Shown piece by piece: positions 1 to 12,960 of a stretch of 64,000 nt of DNA (the stretch's first letter is position 1; the number at the start of each line of letters is the position of its first letter). The position numbers and the translations under genes are program-made. This DNA comes from Macrostomum lignano (taxonomy: Eukaryota). The notes beneath the pieces are model-generated. The model worked only from the letters and a program-made list of their open reading frames with translations. It was not told the origin of the DNA and ran no database searches. The DNA lies in contig NIVC01001673.1 of the NCBI GenBank assembly GCA_002269645.1, positions 188,632 to 252,631 of the forward strand. Direction: 5' to 3'.

Positions 1-404
1 GCCGGGTACCTGCTGTATGACTCTTAGATGTCAGCCATTGCATCGGAATTAGATTTTAACCCTGACAGCTTTGACTGTGTCAAATTTGTTAATACCCAAA
101 TGGCTTAGACTTGATTCGTCCGTTCGTAATAGGGGTTGATGGTTAATTGCTGTGTTTTTGCTCCGTTACTGTAAGCAGATGGTCAGAGTTGCTTGCAATC
201 GCTTTGTTCAAGTAAAAGTAAAACCAGCCACACACAATGAACACTGGTTCCTAAAATTCAGTTGGCAACTGAAGTAAATTAAAACCGGGAAACCTGCTGT
301 TGCGAAGTCCTCACAGCGGGGAGCCATCCAAAACTGCCATTACGGGATGGAGAACTGACCGTCTGCTCTGGGAGCGGAGCCTTTAAGTCTAGAGATCGTT
401 GAAT

Positions 405-431
405 CAGACAGGCGGACAGACACAGACACAC

Positions 432-494
<63 letters not shown>

Positions 495-507
495 CACAGA
501 CAGACAC

Positions 508-598
<91 letters not shown>

Positions 599-623
599 CA
601 CAGACAGACACACAGACAGACAC

Positions 624-666
<43 letters not shown>

Positions 667-707
667 AACAGACAGACAGGCAGACAGACAGACACACAGA
701 CAGACAC

Positions 708-762
<55 letters not shown>
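405..762 (+). repeat. (GACA)n microsatellite with GACACACA variants
   Basis: Direct reading; a shorter mirror copy lies at 43787-43992. Confidence 0.97.
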
Positions 763-764
<2 letters not shown>

Positions 765-1171
765 CCGCTATACGGGCAGTCAAAAGAGCCACAAGTTGCA
801 AGCACTTTACCCCTTTCAGCACTATTACTAAGACATTGCTAAACTGTTTACGCAACTGCTTGAGAGACAGAGAACGAGATCGCCAGCTCGAGATAAGCAG
901 CCAACAGAAGCATCTTTTCTGACCAAAAACTCTTTTAAACCTTGCAGCAATGGTGCCAAATTTCACTGATGCAGTGCAAATTTCTACATGGCTGCAGAGC
1001 TGTTTGTTTATAGTGAATTCGCTCCAACAGCCAGTGGGGTGCCTATGGAATATATTGTACTCGTGAATATGCATGTCCGCGAGTGCGGCAATTTAGCGTA
1101 TAAAAGTGGTCACAAGAATGTCGACGCGCTAGGGCTTACGCACCTGAGCCGAGGTGTTGCTGCAAGCAACC

Positions 1172-2826
1172 ATGCGGCCCGTTCTGAGCCTGGCGCTCTG
1201 CCTCTGCTGCTGCGCGCTCGCCGAGTGCCAGAGACGCCGCGTCGAGGAGCTGCCGCGGCTGCTGTTCCGCCCGAACTTCACCCAGTACTCGGGCTACCTG
1301 ACCTCCAGCAGCGGCAGCGGCGGCAGCCGGCGCCTCTTCTACTGGCTGGTCGAGAGCTCCCACGTGGACGCCGCGACGGCTCCGCTCGTGCTGTGGATGA
1401 ACGGCGGTCCCGGCTGCTCCTCGGTCGGCGGCCTGCTCATGACGAACGGGCCGTTCCTGGCGAACGACCGCGCCGAGCTGGAGCGCAACGACTTCGCGTG
1501 GAACCGGCTGGCCAACGTGCTGTACATCGACTCGCCCAGCGGTGTCGGCCTGAGCGAGCCCGGACCCACCGACCCGACCGAGCTCAACGATAACGCGACC
1601 ACGCGGCTGAACCTGGGAGCGCTGCTCCACTTCTACAGCCTGTTCCCCGAGTACCGAGGCCGGGCCTTCTACATCGCGGAAGAGAGCTACGCGGGGATCT
1701 ACATCCCGCTGCTGGCCAGCGCCATCATCGACGGCGGGCATTGGCCCAGCCTCATCAACCTGAAGGGCATCGCCGTGGGCAACGGTCTGCACGTTGCAAT
1801 CAACCACTTTGACATGTCGCCGTATCGCGAAGCAGTCACGAAAGCGCTGGGCATTCGGTCTGATGAGGTCAACCTCATCGATCTGGTGAGTTCCGGCAAT
1901 TAATTCCAGCAGTTAATTCGGGACTCGTGCACGGAAACTGACTCGGAGATTGCTTTGAGATTCGCGCCTATGAGGGCCAACCCTTGTGGGCGCGGACCAT
2001 GACAATGCACCCTTGTCGAGTGTGCGCCTCCGTACGTATCCGTATGAGTGCTCAGGGCTTAGCGGGATGAGCATGACTGCTGCCTTCCTTACTGGCTACA
2101 GTTGGGCTCTCACAGATGCCCCTCTGCGAGCTGGCTGACTGGCTAAGCCTACCGATGCACCCGCAGAGCTCGGAGGCGGCACAAGTGAACCCTTACAACC
2201 TGGCGCAGCCCTGCTTCTTGAGCAGCGAAAGTGGCGGCTACCCCTGCTCAAACACGACGGGCCTGAGCAGCTTCATGGCTGACATCAGAGTGCAGAGAGC
2301 TCTTGGCGTGAGCGGCCAGGTGAACTACAGCTTGTGCAATGTCCTGATAACCGGACACTATCAAAGAAGAAACAAAGATGTTCTGCAGCAGCTGGTGACA
2401 GCTGCCAGCAGCTGCGTGTCGGTGCTGCTGTACCACGGGGCCCTGGACTGGATGCTGCCTCTGGGGTGCACGCAGCAGCTGCTGGACCGGCTGCCCGTGG
2501 ATCCGTTGCGCGAGGGCGAGGGCGCCTGGTTCTACTCGATGCGGGCGCCGGGCTACGGACTGCAGATCGGAGGCGTCCAGAGGTCCTACCTGGGCGGCCG
2601 GATCAGGTACCGGACGGTGATCGGTGCCGGACACTCCGTGGCGACTGAGCGGCCGGAGATTGGACTGCAGCTGCTGCAGGACCTGCTGGCTGCGGACGCG
2701 AAGGCCTGCACTCCCATTGAGCCGGAGCTCCCGTCCGGTGCGTCGTTGCCGCTTGGGTGTCTAGGTGGCAGCGCGCTGATTCTCCAAGTTCTGCTGGTGC
2801 TGCTCAGTCAGCTGATGAGTCATTGA
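1172..2826 (+). CDS. Serine carboxypeptidase, family S10 (cathepsin A-like), copy A-left; exon 1 1172-1885, exon 2 from 2116 or 2167 to 2826
   Basis: Signal peptide MRPVLSLALCLCCCALA; YSGYL, LFYWLVES, WMNGGPGCSS, WNRLANVLYIDSPSGVG; nucleophile motif reads EESYAG here; LYHGALD (Asp), GAGHSV (His). Donor CTG|GTGAGT at 1886; two in-frame acceptor candidates; AATAAA at 2918. Confidence 0.9.
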
Positions 2827-2917
2827 AACTGGGCAGCCCTGACCGACTGGCTGACACTTCTATTGGACAGCGCTGTCCGAAATCTTTGCAGTAGAAAATT
2901 TGCACTTGACTGAAAGC

Positions 2918-2927
2918 AATAAATAAA
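2918..2927 (+). terminator. Overlapping AATAAA polyadenylation signals for carboxypeptidase A-left
   Basis: [15 protein letters not shown] 90 nt after the stop codon, followed by a T-rich tract. Confidence 0.55.
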
Positions 2928-3075
2928 AATTATTTTTTTATTCAAACAGGGCGGCTATTTGGGAGGTTATTTGGGAGGCTAATGTTTGTGGATGAGCGCT
3001 ATTTGCGTTAATGAAGCGTGGTTTAATCTGATGAGGCATTAGTGGATTTGATGAGGGGCATTTTTCTTACACGAT

Positions 3076-3332
3076 CGCCATTTTGTTTGAAAGGGCGAAT
3101 TTTGTTAGAATCGGCGCAAATTTGTTTGAATTGACGCCATTTTGTTTAAAAGGGCGAATTTTGTTAGAATCGGCGCAAAGTTGTTTGAATTGACGCCATT
3201 TTTTTAAAAGGGCGAATTTTGTTAGAATCGGCGCAAATTTGTTTGAATTGACACCATTTTGTTTAAAAGGGCGAATTTTGTTAGAATCGGCGCAAATTTG
3301 TTTGAATTGACGCCATTTTGTTTAAAAGGGCG
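3076..3332 (+). repeat. 59-bp tandem repeat, ~4.3 copies (mirror 41330-41469 has ~2.4 copies)
   Basis: Unit cgccattttgtttRaaagggcgaattttgttagaatcggcgcaaatttgtttgaattga starts at 3076, 3135, 3194, 3252 and 3311. Confidence 0.92.
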
Positions 3333-3708
3333 CTGACGTCAACGGCACCATATACTTTTGCCAGCCCGCTGTCAAAGCCCCTGAGTCCAGATGTTGGCCT
3401 GCCTCACCTGTAACCTAACTGCATGGATCCCATAGTTCTGGTTAGCTTAAAGTCGGTGTTGGCCCTGAGCGCAAAAGAATTTACCCTTAAACATCGGTTT
3501 TCTAAATTAAGTTAATTCAGGGCGTGACGTGGCTGCAAATTGAAATACCAATTAAAAAGTGCAGGCTTTTCGCGCTCAATCGCCTACTAATGAGTAGTAA
3601 GAAAATATTTGTAGCGAATCATCTGAAAATGCGTGCATAGATTGTTGAATAGAACTTTTAACTGGTGTGCGATGAGTTTGCAGCTCAGTTAGGTAATCTC
3701 TTGTTGCC

Positions 3709-4104
3709 AAAGCCTGAATCCATTTCTGAAGCCTGAATCCATTCCTGAAGCCTGAATCCGTTCCCGAAGCCTGAATCCATTCCTGAAGCCTGAATCCATT
3801 CCTGAAGCCTGAATCCGTTCTCGAAGCCTGAATCCATTCATGAAGCCTGAATCCATTCATGAAGCCTGAATCCGTTCCCGAAGCCTGAATCCGTTCCCGA
3901 AGCCTGAATCCGTTCCTGAAGCCTGAATCCGTTCCTGAAGCCTGAATCCATTCCTGAAGCCTGAATCCATTCCTGAAGCCTGAATCCGTTCTCGAAGCCT
4001 GAATCCATTCATGAAGCCTGAATCCGTTCCCGAAGCCTGAATCCATTCCCGAAGCCTGAATCCATTCCTGAAGCCTGAATCCGTTCCCGAAGCCTGAATC
4101 CATT
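3709..4104 (+). repeat. 19-bp minisatellite (gaagcctgaatccRttccY), ~21 copies
   Basis: Direct reading; the 19-aa periodicity of the spurious ORFs equals three units. Confidence 0.95.
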
Positions 4105-6317
4105 CAGGGGCAATACTCTCTATATTTATGCAAGTTGTACTAGCGATGTACATAGAGAGCAAACGTACATTAAAGCGATACCATTGCTAGCAAAGTAGCA
4201 AAGTAGCAAAGTCGCAAAATCTGCGTAATAGTTCAATAACTGCCAATAAGGCAAGGCATAAAACAATTCTACACTCTCGAAGTTTTAATTCCAAAAGTCA
4301 GCAAGCGGACCAATCTTCGGGAACCCGTTCTGGTCGACATTCTGGGCTCGGTGTTGCCGGCTGTGCAGGAAAGGCTCTGTAGAAGTCAGGCTTGTCTCAC
4401 CCATAAGCTACAAAAACATTATCACTGACTAATATTCCCAAGTGCCGCACCCAACTCAAAGCACTGCATAGCTGAGTTTCCAAATGCGCAGTTGCCAGAT
4501 TTTGTTGCCTTAAAAAAATTCTTTCAACTTTTGGCTTCAAGTGCTACACTCCACGCTCTGATATCAATGCAATTCCCTAATTTCCTAACCTAAACCTAAG
4601 TCCTATTCCTAATTGTTCCTACGATAGTCCCTAAATGACAGTTGATTATCATCCTTATACATCTTCATCTTCACCATGAGTGAGTTGCCAGAGCTGCGAT
4701 ATTTGGTGAGTGGGCTATACTGGTTGTCGCGGTGCTGGTGAAAAGTCTCAAGCGTCTCGCAGGGTGAGCTGCGAAGTTGGAGTACAACGGAATGGCGCTG
4801 GAATGGTTTCTGTCAGTAGCTGGGCTCCCCGGATTGCGGCCGATTGTCGGCGATGCCGATAGGCAGAGGACCCTTTCTAATCCTTCAGCATGCCTTTTTT
4901 AGAACTAATTAGCACATTTCACGGCTCCTGCACCGATATCTATTCTTTGAGGGTTCACGTCACGTCTCTTATTTACAGGGGAGATTTCCCAGTGCAGGAT
5001 TTCAGTTATAAAACTATGCAAATCGGTTAAAGCAGTCTGATTTTTCGATGATCAGCGCAATAAGTGACAATATTGTGATGATAAACAAGCTTTATCAAAG
5101 AGGATGCAGAATAACAAGCAACTGGGGGGGGGGCTGCTGAGGAGCCTCAGGGGTACGACAAACTAGCCGAAACCAATTTTTTGTTTGAAAAATTGTTAGA
5201 ATCATAAGAGAATGACTTTGAAAACAATGATAAAAACAGGATACTTCACTGATAGGTAAAATCCATATCAAAATCAAAAGCAGAAACGGCCCACTCTTAG
5301 AAAGAGTTAGATAAACATCAGCCATTGTGAAGCGTTTGTTGAGAGTCAGGGCCAGTTGGGGTATGTTGGGGTCAGAGAGTACTCACTGAACAACTTTGAA
5401 GGACCAATTAACGCGAATAATCTTACAAAACAAAAGGGAAGCAGAGGTAACGTTCTGTAGTGTACCTTTAATATAAAGTTACCGAGGGTGTTCCGTCATT
5501 ATAGACCAATACACAACCAAAATTAGAAAATAACTTGTTTCGTCCGGGTGGATTGAAAATACGGAAACCTTTCAAAGTTGGTCTCTAAACTAACATCGAA
5601 TCCTCAACAGAACAGAGCAAAATGTATTTGAACAGAACAATGAATGAAACTCAAACTTTTGGAAATGAAGATATTGGAATAATCACAGGTAATAAAATAT
5701 ACACAAAATGACCCCCATTAAATAAAAAATCCAGATCCTGGATTCCGGATTCCAGATGGATTTCCACTCCAGCTTGCTCTGTTAAAGACTCCTTGACAGT
5801 AAGGCTGCGGTAGAATAGCTGCGGGTACATGAAGTATGTGCTGCAACTGCCTTTAAAGGGATGTCAGCAGCGTAAGCGCTGGAATGGAACCCAAAGCACG
5901 GCAGCGGACCAGAGCGTCTGGAATAGATATCTGGCTTAGCTGACCGGACCAGTCGACTAGGAACGCCGAGACATCCCAGTCTAACCGCCTGCTTAGTGTG
6001 AACCGACTTGGCGTTCATCTTAGCATGTTTTTAACTGAATGAATTGCAGTTCTAAGCAAAATAGGGAATAAAGCTCAAAAGCTGGGTAGGATGGCTCGGC
6101 GTTTCTAGTCAACTTGTTTGACCGGCTATTGATTCCAGTTGGTTTGGTCGGATAAAAATATCTACGTGGAAATATTCATAAGCATCTCTTGTTCAAAAAA
6201 ATTATTGAAAAATGAATGATTCAAAGTTGTAAAACGATGGAATTTTGCAGCTGTTCAAACTCGCAGGATTACTCGGTCGTAGCACCAAGCAATTCTTGCT
6301 AGGAAACCCAACACCGG

Positions 6318-9300
6318 TCAGTTTAGAAAACGTTTGTATTTTTCTTCAAGCCATGGCGGTACGTCACCCAGTACCTTGGAACTTCTTCTCCGCAACATCC
6401 TCAGCAGTTGCAGATCTTCGCAACTCTCCACAGCCACAACCAGCTCCTGTTCATCAGCATCTTCTCTTTCCGCAACATCTCGAATCCAGTCTCGGGTGAT
6501 CGCGTCCATCGGCTCTTCTAGCTCTAGTCGGAGAGCATGGAACAGGGCTTCAAAGTTCATGTACTGTAAGCCGATGTAATGCTTAACAACTAGAGGAAAT
6601 ACATTGGCAATATTTTTATTTCTAAAAGGAAAAATCGGACGCCGATTAGTGCGAAAGCAAAGCTTCAAAACAGAGTCTTGACTCTTCAGGTGCTGCAAAA
6701 CGAACTCCACAGTCGCTTCGCTGGCTGATCTTTCAGCCGGCCAATCAATGCCTCTACTTGCGCTGAAGCCCTTGAGACTTTTCAAAATATCCGCTGCAGC
6801 GTCTCTTTTACCCAACTGAAGGCAAATAATTGCTCTGACAGACTCTCGCGCTGATCGAGCACAGTCTGGGAGCTTGTCAATCAAATCCATGAGAGACTCT
6901 GCATTGCCGTCCACAGCTGGCAGACGACGCATGGCTTCCAACAGCACGTCATAAATCTCATGGTACTCGCACTTGGTGGCGCTTGAAACACGCGTGCTAT
7001 GATGAGCTGGAAGTAGCGAAAGAATTAGGAATGGATTGAAGTAAAATCGACCGAATTCATTGATTGGTTGCAGACTGTCCTTGAAATAAATTAGCAGCTC
7101 AGGCAGCCTAGCGACAATGTCCTTCGCTGCACTTGATGCTTGGTGCAGTGATTCCCGCACACTGTCGGCTGAGTTTGGGTCCGCGCCTTTTAGGTAGACA
7201 GCTGCATCGCTCAAGAAGAAGTGGTCCATAATCCGACAATCCAAATAGCCTGACCTACAGGCGTTCTCAACACTGTCAATCAAAATCTGCAGCGAACGTC
7301 TCGTGAGATTCACCAGGTTCTCTGATTTCCACTGATCAGGTGGCGTCTCTTCTAGCATACGGAACGTGATTGTCTTTGCATGATACGTCCTGAAGCCATT
7401 GTGGCAGATTGCCTTTTTGAGTAGCCACTTCAGAATGACAAACATTTGACCCTGTAGAGTGGTCAGATTTCGTAACAGCCGCCTCTCAAGGAAGCTGGTG
7501 CTCACTCGAAGCTGCTCACCGGCCTTACCAGGGGGAGCTGCGTGCACTATGTGACAGGGTGACGAGGCTGAAGTAACATCGCGCTGGATCGACTGCAGCA
7601 CGGCTGGGAAGATGTTGGACTTCGCAACTCTGTCTGGCTGCAGTGGAGCAATAGGCGGGTAGCGGCAGAGGCGATGCGCCGGCACCTCGTCCAAAGTCGG
7701 CCTCTGGTTGAACCCCAGATATGAGCGGGCTGGATTCGACGCTGAAATTTTTGGATTGTACTGCTTAGGTATGTATGCTTGTATGTATGCTTGTCTGATT
7801 AATGCTCTATTTCAAAACAATGTAGTAGCGGAGAAAGTGACATCAGCACTCTTACCAAATCCAGAGCACAAAATGTGCCCCTTGCAGTACTCTACTGTCC
7901 GCTCACTTCTGTCAGCGCACTCGCAAAAGTCTTTCAGGTGAAAGGGTTTTCCATGAGTGAGCCACATCACATCAACGTCAGAGTCGAAGTCAGTTCTGCC
8001 ATCCAGAGTGACCAGGCTGTTGCCCCAGCCTTCAGCGAAGCTGCCTACGACAAAGTACTCGTCCGTATGATATCTTTTAAAAAGAATATCTTGAAGAAAA
8101 TCTGCGGTCGAGCTTTGAAAAACAGCACGGGATTGCACGAAACCCGATTTAGACAGGGCTAAGTGAAGCAGCTGGCTTAGTTCCTCATCACTGTGCGTCT
8201 GTCTGTAGGATGAAAGCAGTGGTAATATATGTTTCACATGCGCTCGAAAATCGGGCCGTTAAGATAAAGAATTTTAAGTCAGTAGCTCGTAGATGACATG
8301 CAGTTTGCACATCGACAAACATCCAGCGAGGGGAAAGTAACTATGGACGTTCCTCGGACGGCACCTAAGCACGAGCACGCGCCCGAATATGTACTCAGGC
8401 ACACACGCAGAGCTGTATATCTGCTCTCAGCATCGTCTGTATGTGTATTCTGAAGCTTGAGGGTCGGTCCACATGAGTGAAAATCGCACGAGCCTTCAGG
8501 CCAGCACCTGAGTCCTGAACCTGCGTAATATGGCCCATGCTGCGTGATGTAACCCAAGAAGTGAGCGCGAGGGTTGGATTCATTCTCCCTCCCAGCTACC
8601 CAAAAGTGATCAAATTAGCTATCGAAAATGCAGCACTTACTTTTCAACGTTTATTCCAGAGTCATCCAGTGACGTGGCAGCATGAAACAGTTCCACAACA
8701 CGGTCATTCTCAAACTCTTCGGCACATCTCAGACCCTGTTTTAAATAGCTGGCTTGAATGCCATTACGAATACAGAACTCGATAATTAACTTGACAGTCT
8801 GATAGTGATTGTTTTGTGAAGCAATATCTAAAGGTGTCTTTCCTGCGCCATTTGCACTGGTGACATCGGCTTGGGCTTTCAAGAGAGACTCGACTACTTG
8901 GTAATGCCCTTGCTGACACGCTGCGAATATCGGTGAGCAGCCTTTAGAATCTTGAAGATTTACGTCAGCTTTTCCTCTGATTAGTGAGTTCACCACCTTT
9001 AGATAACCCTGCTCTGAAGCGATGTATAGGGGCGAAAACCCATCAAAATCCTGAAGGTCGACATCAGCTTGTGCTTTAATGAGCAATTCTACTGCTTGAT
9101 ACCGATCCTCAAGCGAGGCAACGTACAGTGGCGTGGAGCCGATCACTGTTTGAAGATTTACTTCAGCTTGCGCTCTGACTAGCGACTCAATAACCTTGCA
9201 ATGACCCTCCTGCGCCGCCATGTAAAGAGGAGAACAATAGGCAAGATCAATATCGGCTTGGGCTTTTATGAGAAGCTTAGCCACTTGATGATGACCGTGC

Positions 9301-9664
9301 TGCGATGCTGCAAAAAGAGATGATTTTCCCTCACGTGTTTGAAGATTGACATCGACTTGTGCATGAATTAGTAGCTCGACAATTGAAAAAAAGCCTTGGT
9401 ATGAAGCTAGATACAAAGCTGAGATGCCGTCGCTGTTTTGCCTATCCAAATCCACCTTTGCTTCAATTAATATGATGAGGAGATCTGTCCTTTCTAAGTC
9501 GCATGCAATCATTGCCGGCGTAAAATGTTTACCTTTATACACAATAAATGGTCAACACATTTTCCGCCAGAAATAATACTTTGAACAGCGCCCGAGTTGT
9601 TGGAGGCCAGAGCTAAAATCAACTCATCTTCCGTGGGCTCTGCCGAAGGTTCGTTGCCCGGCAT
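6318..9664 (-). CDS. Ankyrin-repeat + Mab-21/cGAS-like nucleotidyltransferase (cGLR-like), left copy; exons 9664-8641, 8202-7856, 7741-6318; 1-bp homopolymer deletion near 9547
   Basis: Mirror of 32268-35609 with the same splice sites. It reads gaccatttatt where the right arm reads gaccattttatt, which breaks the frame ~40 codons after the ATG at 9664. Confidence 0.8.
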
Positions 9665-10242
9665 TTCAGCGGGTCACAGGTGTATGTATGGTTGCGGAGA
9701 GCTGCTATCTCGACGTTAAGTAACCATTGAGCTCTGGATTCTCTACTCCTGTCCGTATATTTATCATATTTATATCCACCTACTGAAGCATGGGTACGAA
9801 CAACTGCTAGCTACAAAAGGCAGTGATGCGAAAACAACAATAAGTGTGCAGCAGCCCAAACCGCCTGGGGTAGAAAGACCGAGACGAGAGTCATTAGAGA
9901 AGTGCATACAAGCTATCAGCCAGCGTTTAATAATGTTTTGCAACCGTTTGTGTGTCGGGTGAGCCTCAACAACTACAATTGGGTGTTGAACTGCCCCACT
10001 CACATGCTGCCATAAACTGCCATATACTCGCGTACGCTTGCACTGACATAAAATGCGACTCCTTAAGAGACTCTACTTTGGTATGCTAACTTATGGCCAT
10101 TTCCATTATTCACCCAAGAAATCGTCATGCCTTCCAAAAAACCTAAAATTTAAATTCTTCAGAATGAGGAACGCAGAGTCCTTGTGAGACTTAATACTCC
10201 TAAAGGTATAAGTTGCTCAGCGCAATAGTAAGCGGTTCAATA

Positions 10243-10690
10243 AGTGAGGGGCTCAGCGCGGTAGTGAGGGGCTCAGCGCGGTAGTGAGGGCTCAGCGCGG
10301 TAGTGAGGACTCAGCGCGGTAGTGAGGGGCTCAGTGCGGTAGTGAGGGGCTCAGTGCGGTAGTGAGGGGCTCAGTGCGGTAGTGAGGGGCTCAGTGCGGT
10401 AGTGAGTCGCTCAGCGCGGTAGTGAGGGGCTCAGTGCGGTAGTGAGGGGCTCAGCGCGGTAGTGAGGGGCTCAGCGCGGTAGTGAGGGGCTCAGTGCGGT
10501 AGTGAGGGGCTCAGCGCGGTAGTGAGGGGCTCAGTGCGGTAGTGAGGGGCTCAGCGCGGTAGTGAGGGGCTCAGTGCGGTAGTGAGGGGCTCAGCGCGGT
10601 AGTGAGGGGCTCAGTGCGGTAGTGAGTCGCTCAGCGCGGTAGTGAAGGGCTCAGTGCGGTAGTGAGGACTCAGCGCGGTAGTGAGGGCTC
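10243..10690 (+). repeat. 20-bp minisatellite (agtgaggggctcagYgcggt), ~22 copies
   Basis: Direct reading; mirror at 31241-31690. Confidence 0.95.
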
Positions 10691-11763
10691 AAATTTCATG
10701 GAACTCAGCTCGATAGTGTCAGTCGTGTCGTGAACAGAGATTTGGAGCTCATCAACAGTAGAACTATACCAAGGGTGTCACCTGGCTAAGGTGCTTACGG
10801 CGTCGAGGTGGTGAACGCTTGAGAGATTAGCTGAGGATGTCCAGCAGTTGATGTTTGCTCACCGCCGAGGCTTGATCAGAAAAACTGGAGAAATTCGCAA
10901 CAGGGTGTCCATAGCCACCTAGTGCCACTTTTGAATGTCCAAAAGCTCCGCGTGGGTGAAGGCCAGTGACCAACAAAGCCAGATACTAGGAGAACGTGGT
11001 CGACGCGCTGATGAAAGTTGAAGGCTTGTTAAGGCCGCACTGAGACGCAGTGCTGATTGCCGCACAGGGGTGTACTAAATACACTAATCCGACCTCCTGG
11101 CAGAACTTTGGATTATCTCGATGGTCTGCATTCTTGTGTCAGAAGGTGTGCAACAAAATTCAGCCCATGTTCTTGAAGTTCATGTGCCTGCGTTGCTTTG
11201 TGTTGCTTATTTTACGCTGTCTTTATCCAAGGATAATAGAATTTTGCATCAAGTAGCAGCAACAATGTTTCAGATGTTCCTCAGGCGGTGTTCACGAGTA
11301 TTATTATTTTAATTTCATTGTTAGCAACCGCATCAAGGTCTTGTACGGGCTGATAGCAAAATAATTGTAACAGCTATTGCAACAGCTTCACGTGTGTCGA
11401 TTTTCTGCCCAACACCAAGGACTACTCTAGTGGACTACATTAGTAGTCCTTGTCCAAAAGACGGCTACGAATCATTTAAAATTGATTGATATTTCTTTGT
11501 AGAAATTCAAAAAGCACTGCTAAAATCGTGCTGCGTACTTTCAGTGTATTCAGATATTGACCCGTTTTATCAAACTGTTTCATTTTGTCCATTGTTAACA
11601 AGCGAAAACATCCTAAAAACATCTTATCGCATAAATATAACTAAAGTAGGAACAAACAGATCCGTACTAGAGGAATACAGAATGGTAACAATATGCTCTA
11701 GTACGTGTTAAACATCACAACAGGTCCTCGACATCAGCAAGCCACTAGCAGTTTATAGTTCAC

Positions 11764-12960
11764 TCAGTCTTTTATACTGCCAATTTGCCAAAGATACCAA
11801 ACCCTGCACAGGCCGCAGATGCCTCTCAGCAGCAGGTGGTGAGCGTGCTGCAGGCGAGCCAGTCCGATGTACCGAGCCCTCAGAAACATGATACCGAAAT
11901 TCCCCGACACGAATCGCAGGTTGTCGGCGCCCAGCCGATCTGCCCGCATGATGAAGAGGCGACGGTAGAAAACCTGCAGCGATTCCAGAGCCTGCACACT
12001 GGCCTCGCTGGCCATAATTGGAGCCTTCACGCTTAGAGCCGAATTCGTATCCCAAATCACGCACCGTCAGTTGGAATCTCATTTGGCGGGCTCTGGGGTA
12101 AGCAATACTGACCGTCCGAGCTGGTTAGCAAATTCTTGTCGCACTTTTTCACACAAATATGTTCCGTTTGCAGACGCCATCAAGCGCACGCCGCGGCAAG
12201 CGGAGCAAGCCTCGGGCCTGCCGGAGCAGCCGCCTACGCACTGGCTATCGCAGCACTCCTCCCTACCCGTGTCCGGATCGCGGTAGCAGCTGCTGCACTG
12301 GAACCGCTCAAGGCAGCCATGAAAGCTCTGGCAGCCATTGGGCCCGCCTAAACCAACACAGCTTCTTTTCCGAGGCCTGCGGGCTGCAGTTGGCATGTCA
12401 GCTGGCCACCGACGAGCAGGCGGTGTTGACCGCATCAAGGTGACCTGCCCGTCGCCGATGGTTAAAACGGAGGTCTGATCGATAAATTTATGCTTAAATT
12501 TGCCGCAACTCAGCAGCAAGTTGGCCCAGTCGATCGAGCGCCGACAGATAGCAGTACAGGCTGGCGCTCAGCTGAGCAGCTCCAGCCGAGTCGGATACAT
12601 TGGCTGCATCACCTGTAGAACGTAGAACTAGCCTCTTGTCTCCAGGTTTTTGCCCTGAATGATGCGCAGACTCCGCAGGCTGATGCGCTGCAAGTTGACC
12701 CGCCTGATCACCAGCTGGCCGCTGATCTCCTCGACAGAGTCCAGGAAGTCAGTGCGCAGCTTGATGATGACGTTGACCAGCGGTGCTTCGGTAATCGGGT
12801 TGACGCCAAAGTTCTCGACAACGAGGTCGCCGAGCACGTACTGGCAGCCGGCTACGGTGCTTGACAACCGGGCGTGCAGGCTGCTGACATAGATGCTGTG
12901 AACCAGTGGGACAAAGTTGGAGGGTGTCTGAAGTACTGCGATGAGCGACCTCACCCTCAA
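11764..12960 (-). pseudogene. EGFR/insulin-receptor-like ectodomain fragment (L domain, furin-like Cys-rich region, probable second L domain), disrupted
   Basis: GCQYVLGDLVV...FLDSVEEISGQLVI...SLRSLRIIQG (receptor L domain); CY..IDW motif split across frames; CCDSQCVGGCSGRPEACSAC (furin-like); in-frame TAG at 12628-12630; no TM or kinase seen. Confidence 0.65.

Noticed and set aside
279-842. SVCL/QTDR-repeat ORFs here and at 19.8-22.1 kb and 43.7-44.2 kb; DSGFRNG-repeat ORFs at 3.6-4.2 kb and 40.4-41.1 kb
   Set aside because: Read-through of (GACA)n and the 19-bp minisatellite; no coding signal.
1136-1807. Long antisense or alternate-frame ORFs over GC-rich exons (also 14930-15592, 55052-55714, 59573-60181)
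   Set aside because: Shadow ORFs expected from high GC3 codon usage.
2110-2167. Compensatory 3-nt acceptor shift between the A copies (CACAG|ATG vs CTGAAG|CCC)
   Set aside because: A downstream CCGCAG at 2166 with upstream branch-like CTGAC/CTAAC-type motifs is equally plausible and closer to the copy B junction; undecidable without cDNA.
11416-11452. 11-bp-stem hairpin caaggactact...agtagtccttg
   Set aside because: Isolated and short, with no TSD or RNA-family signature; could be a tiny MITE remnant but is unsupported.
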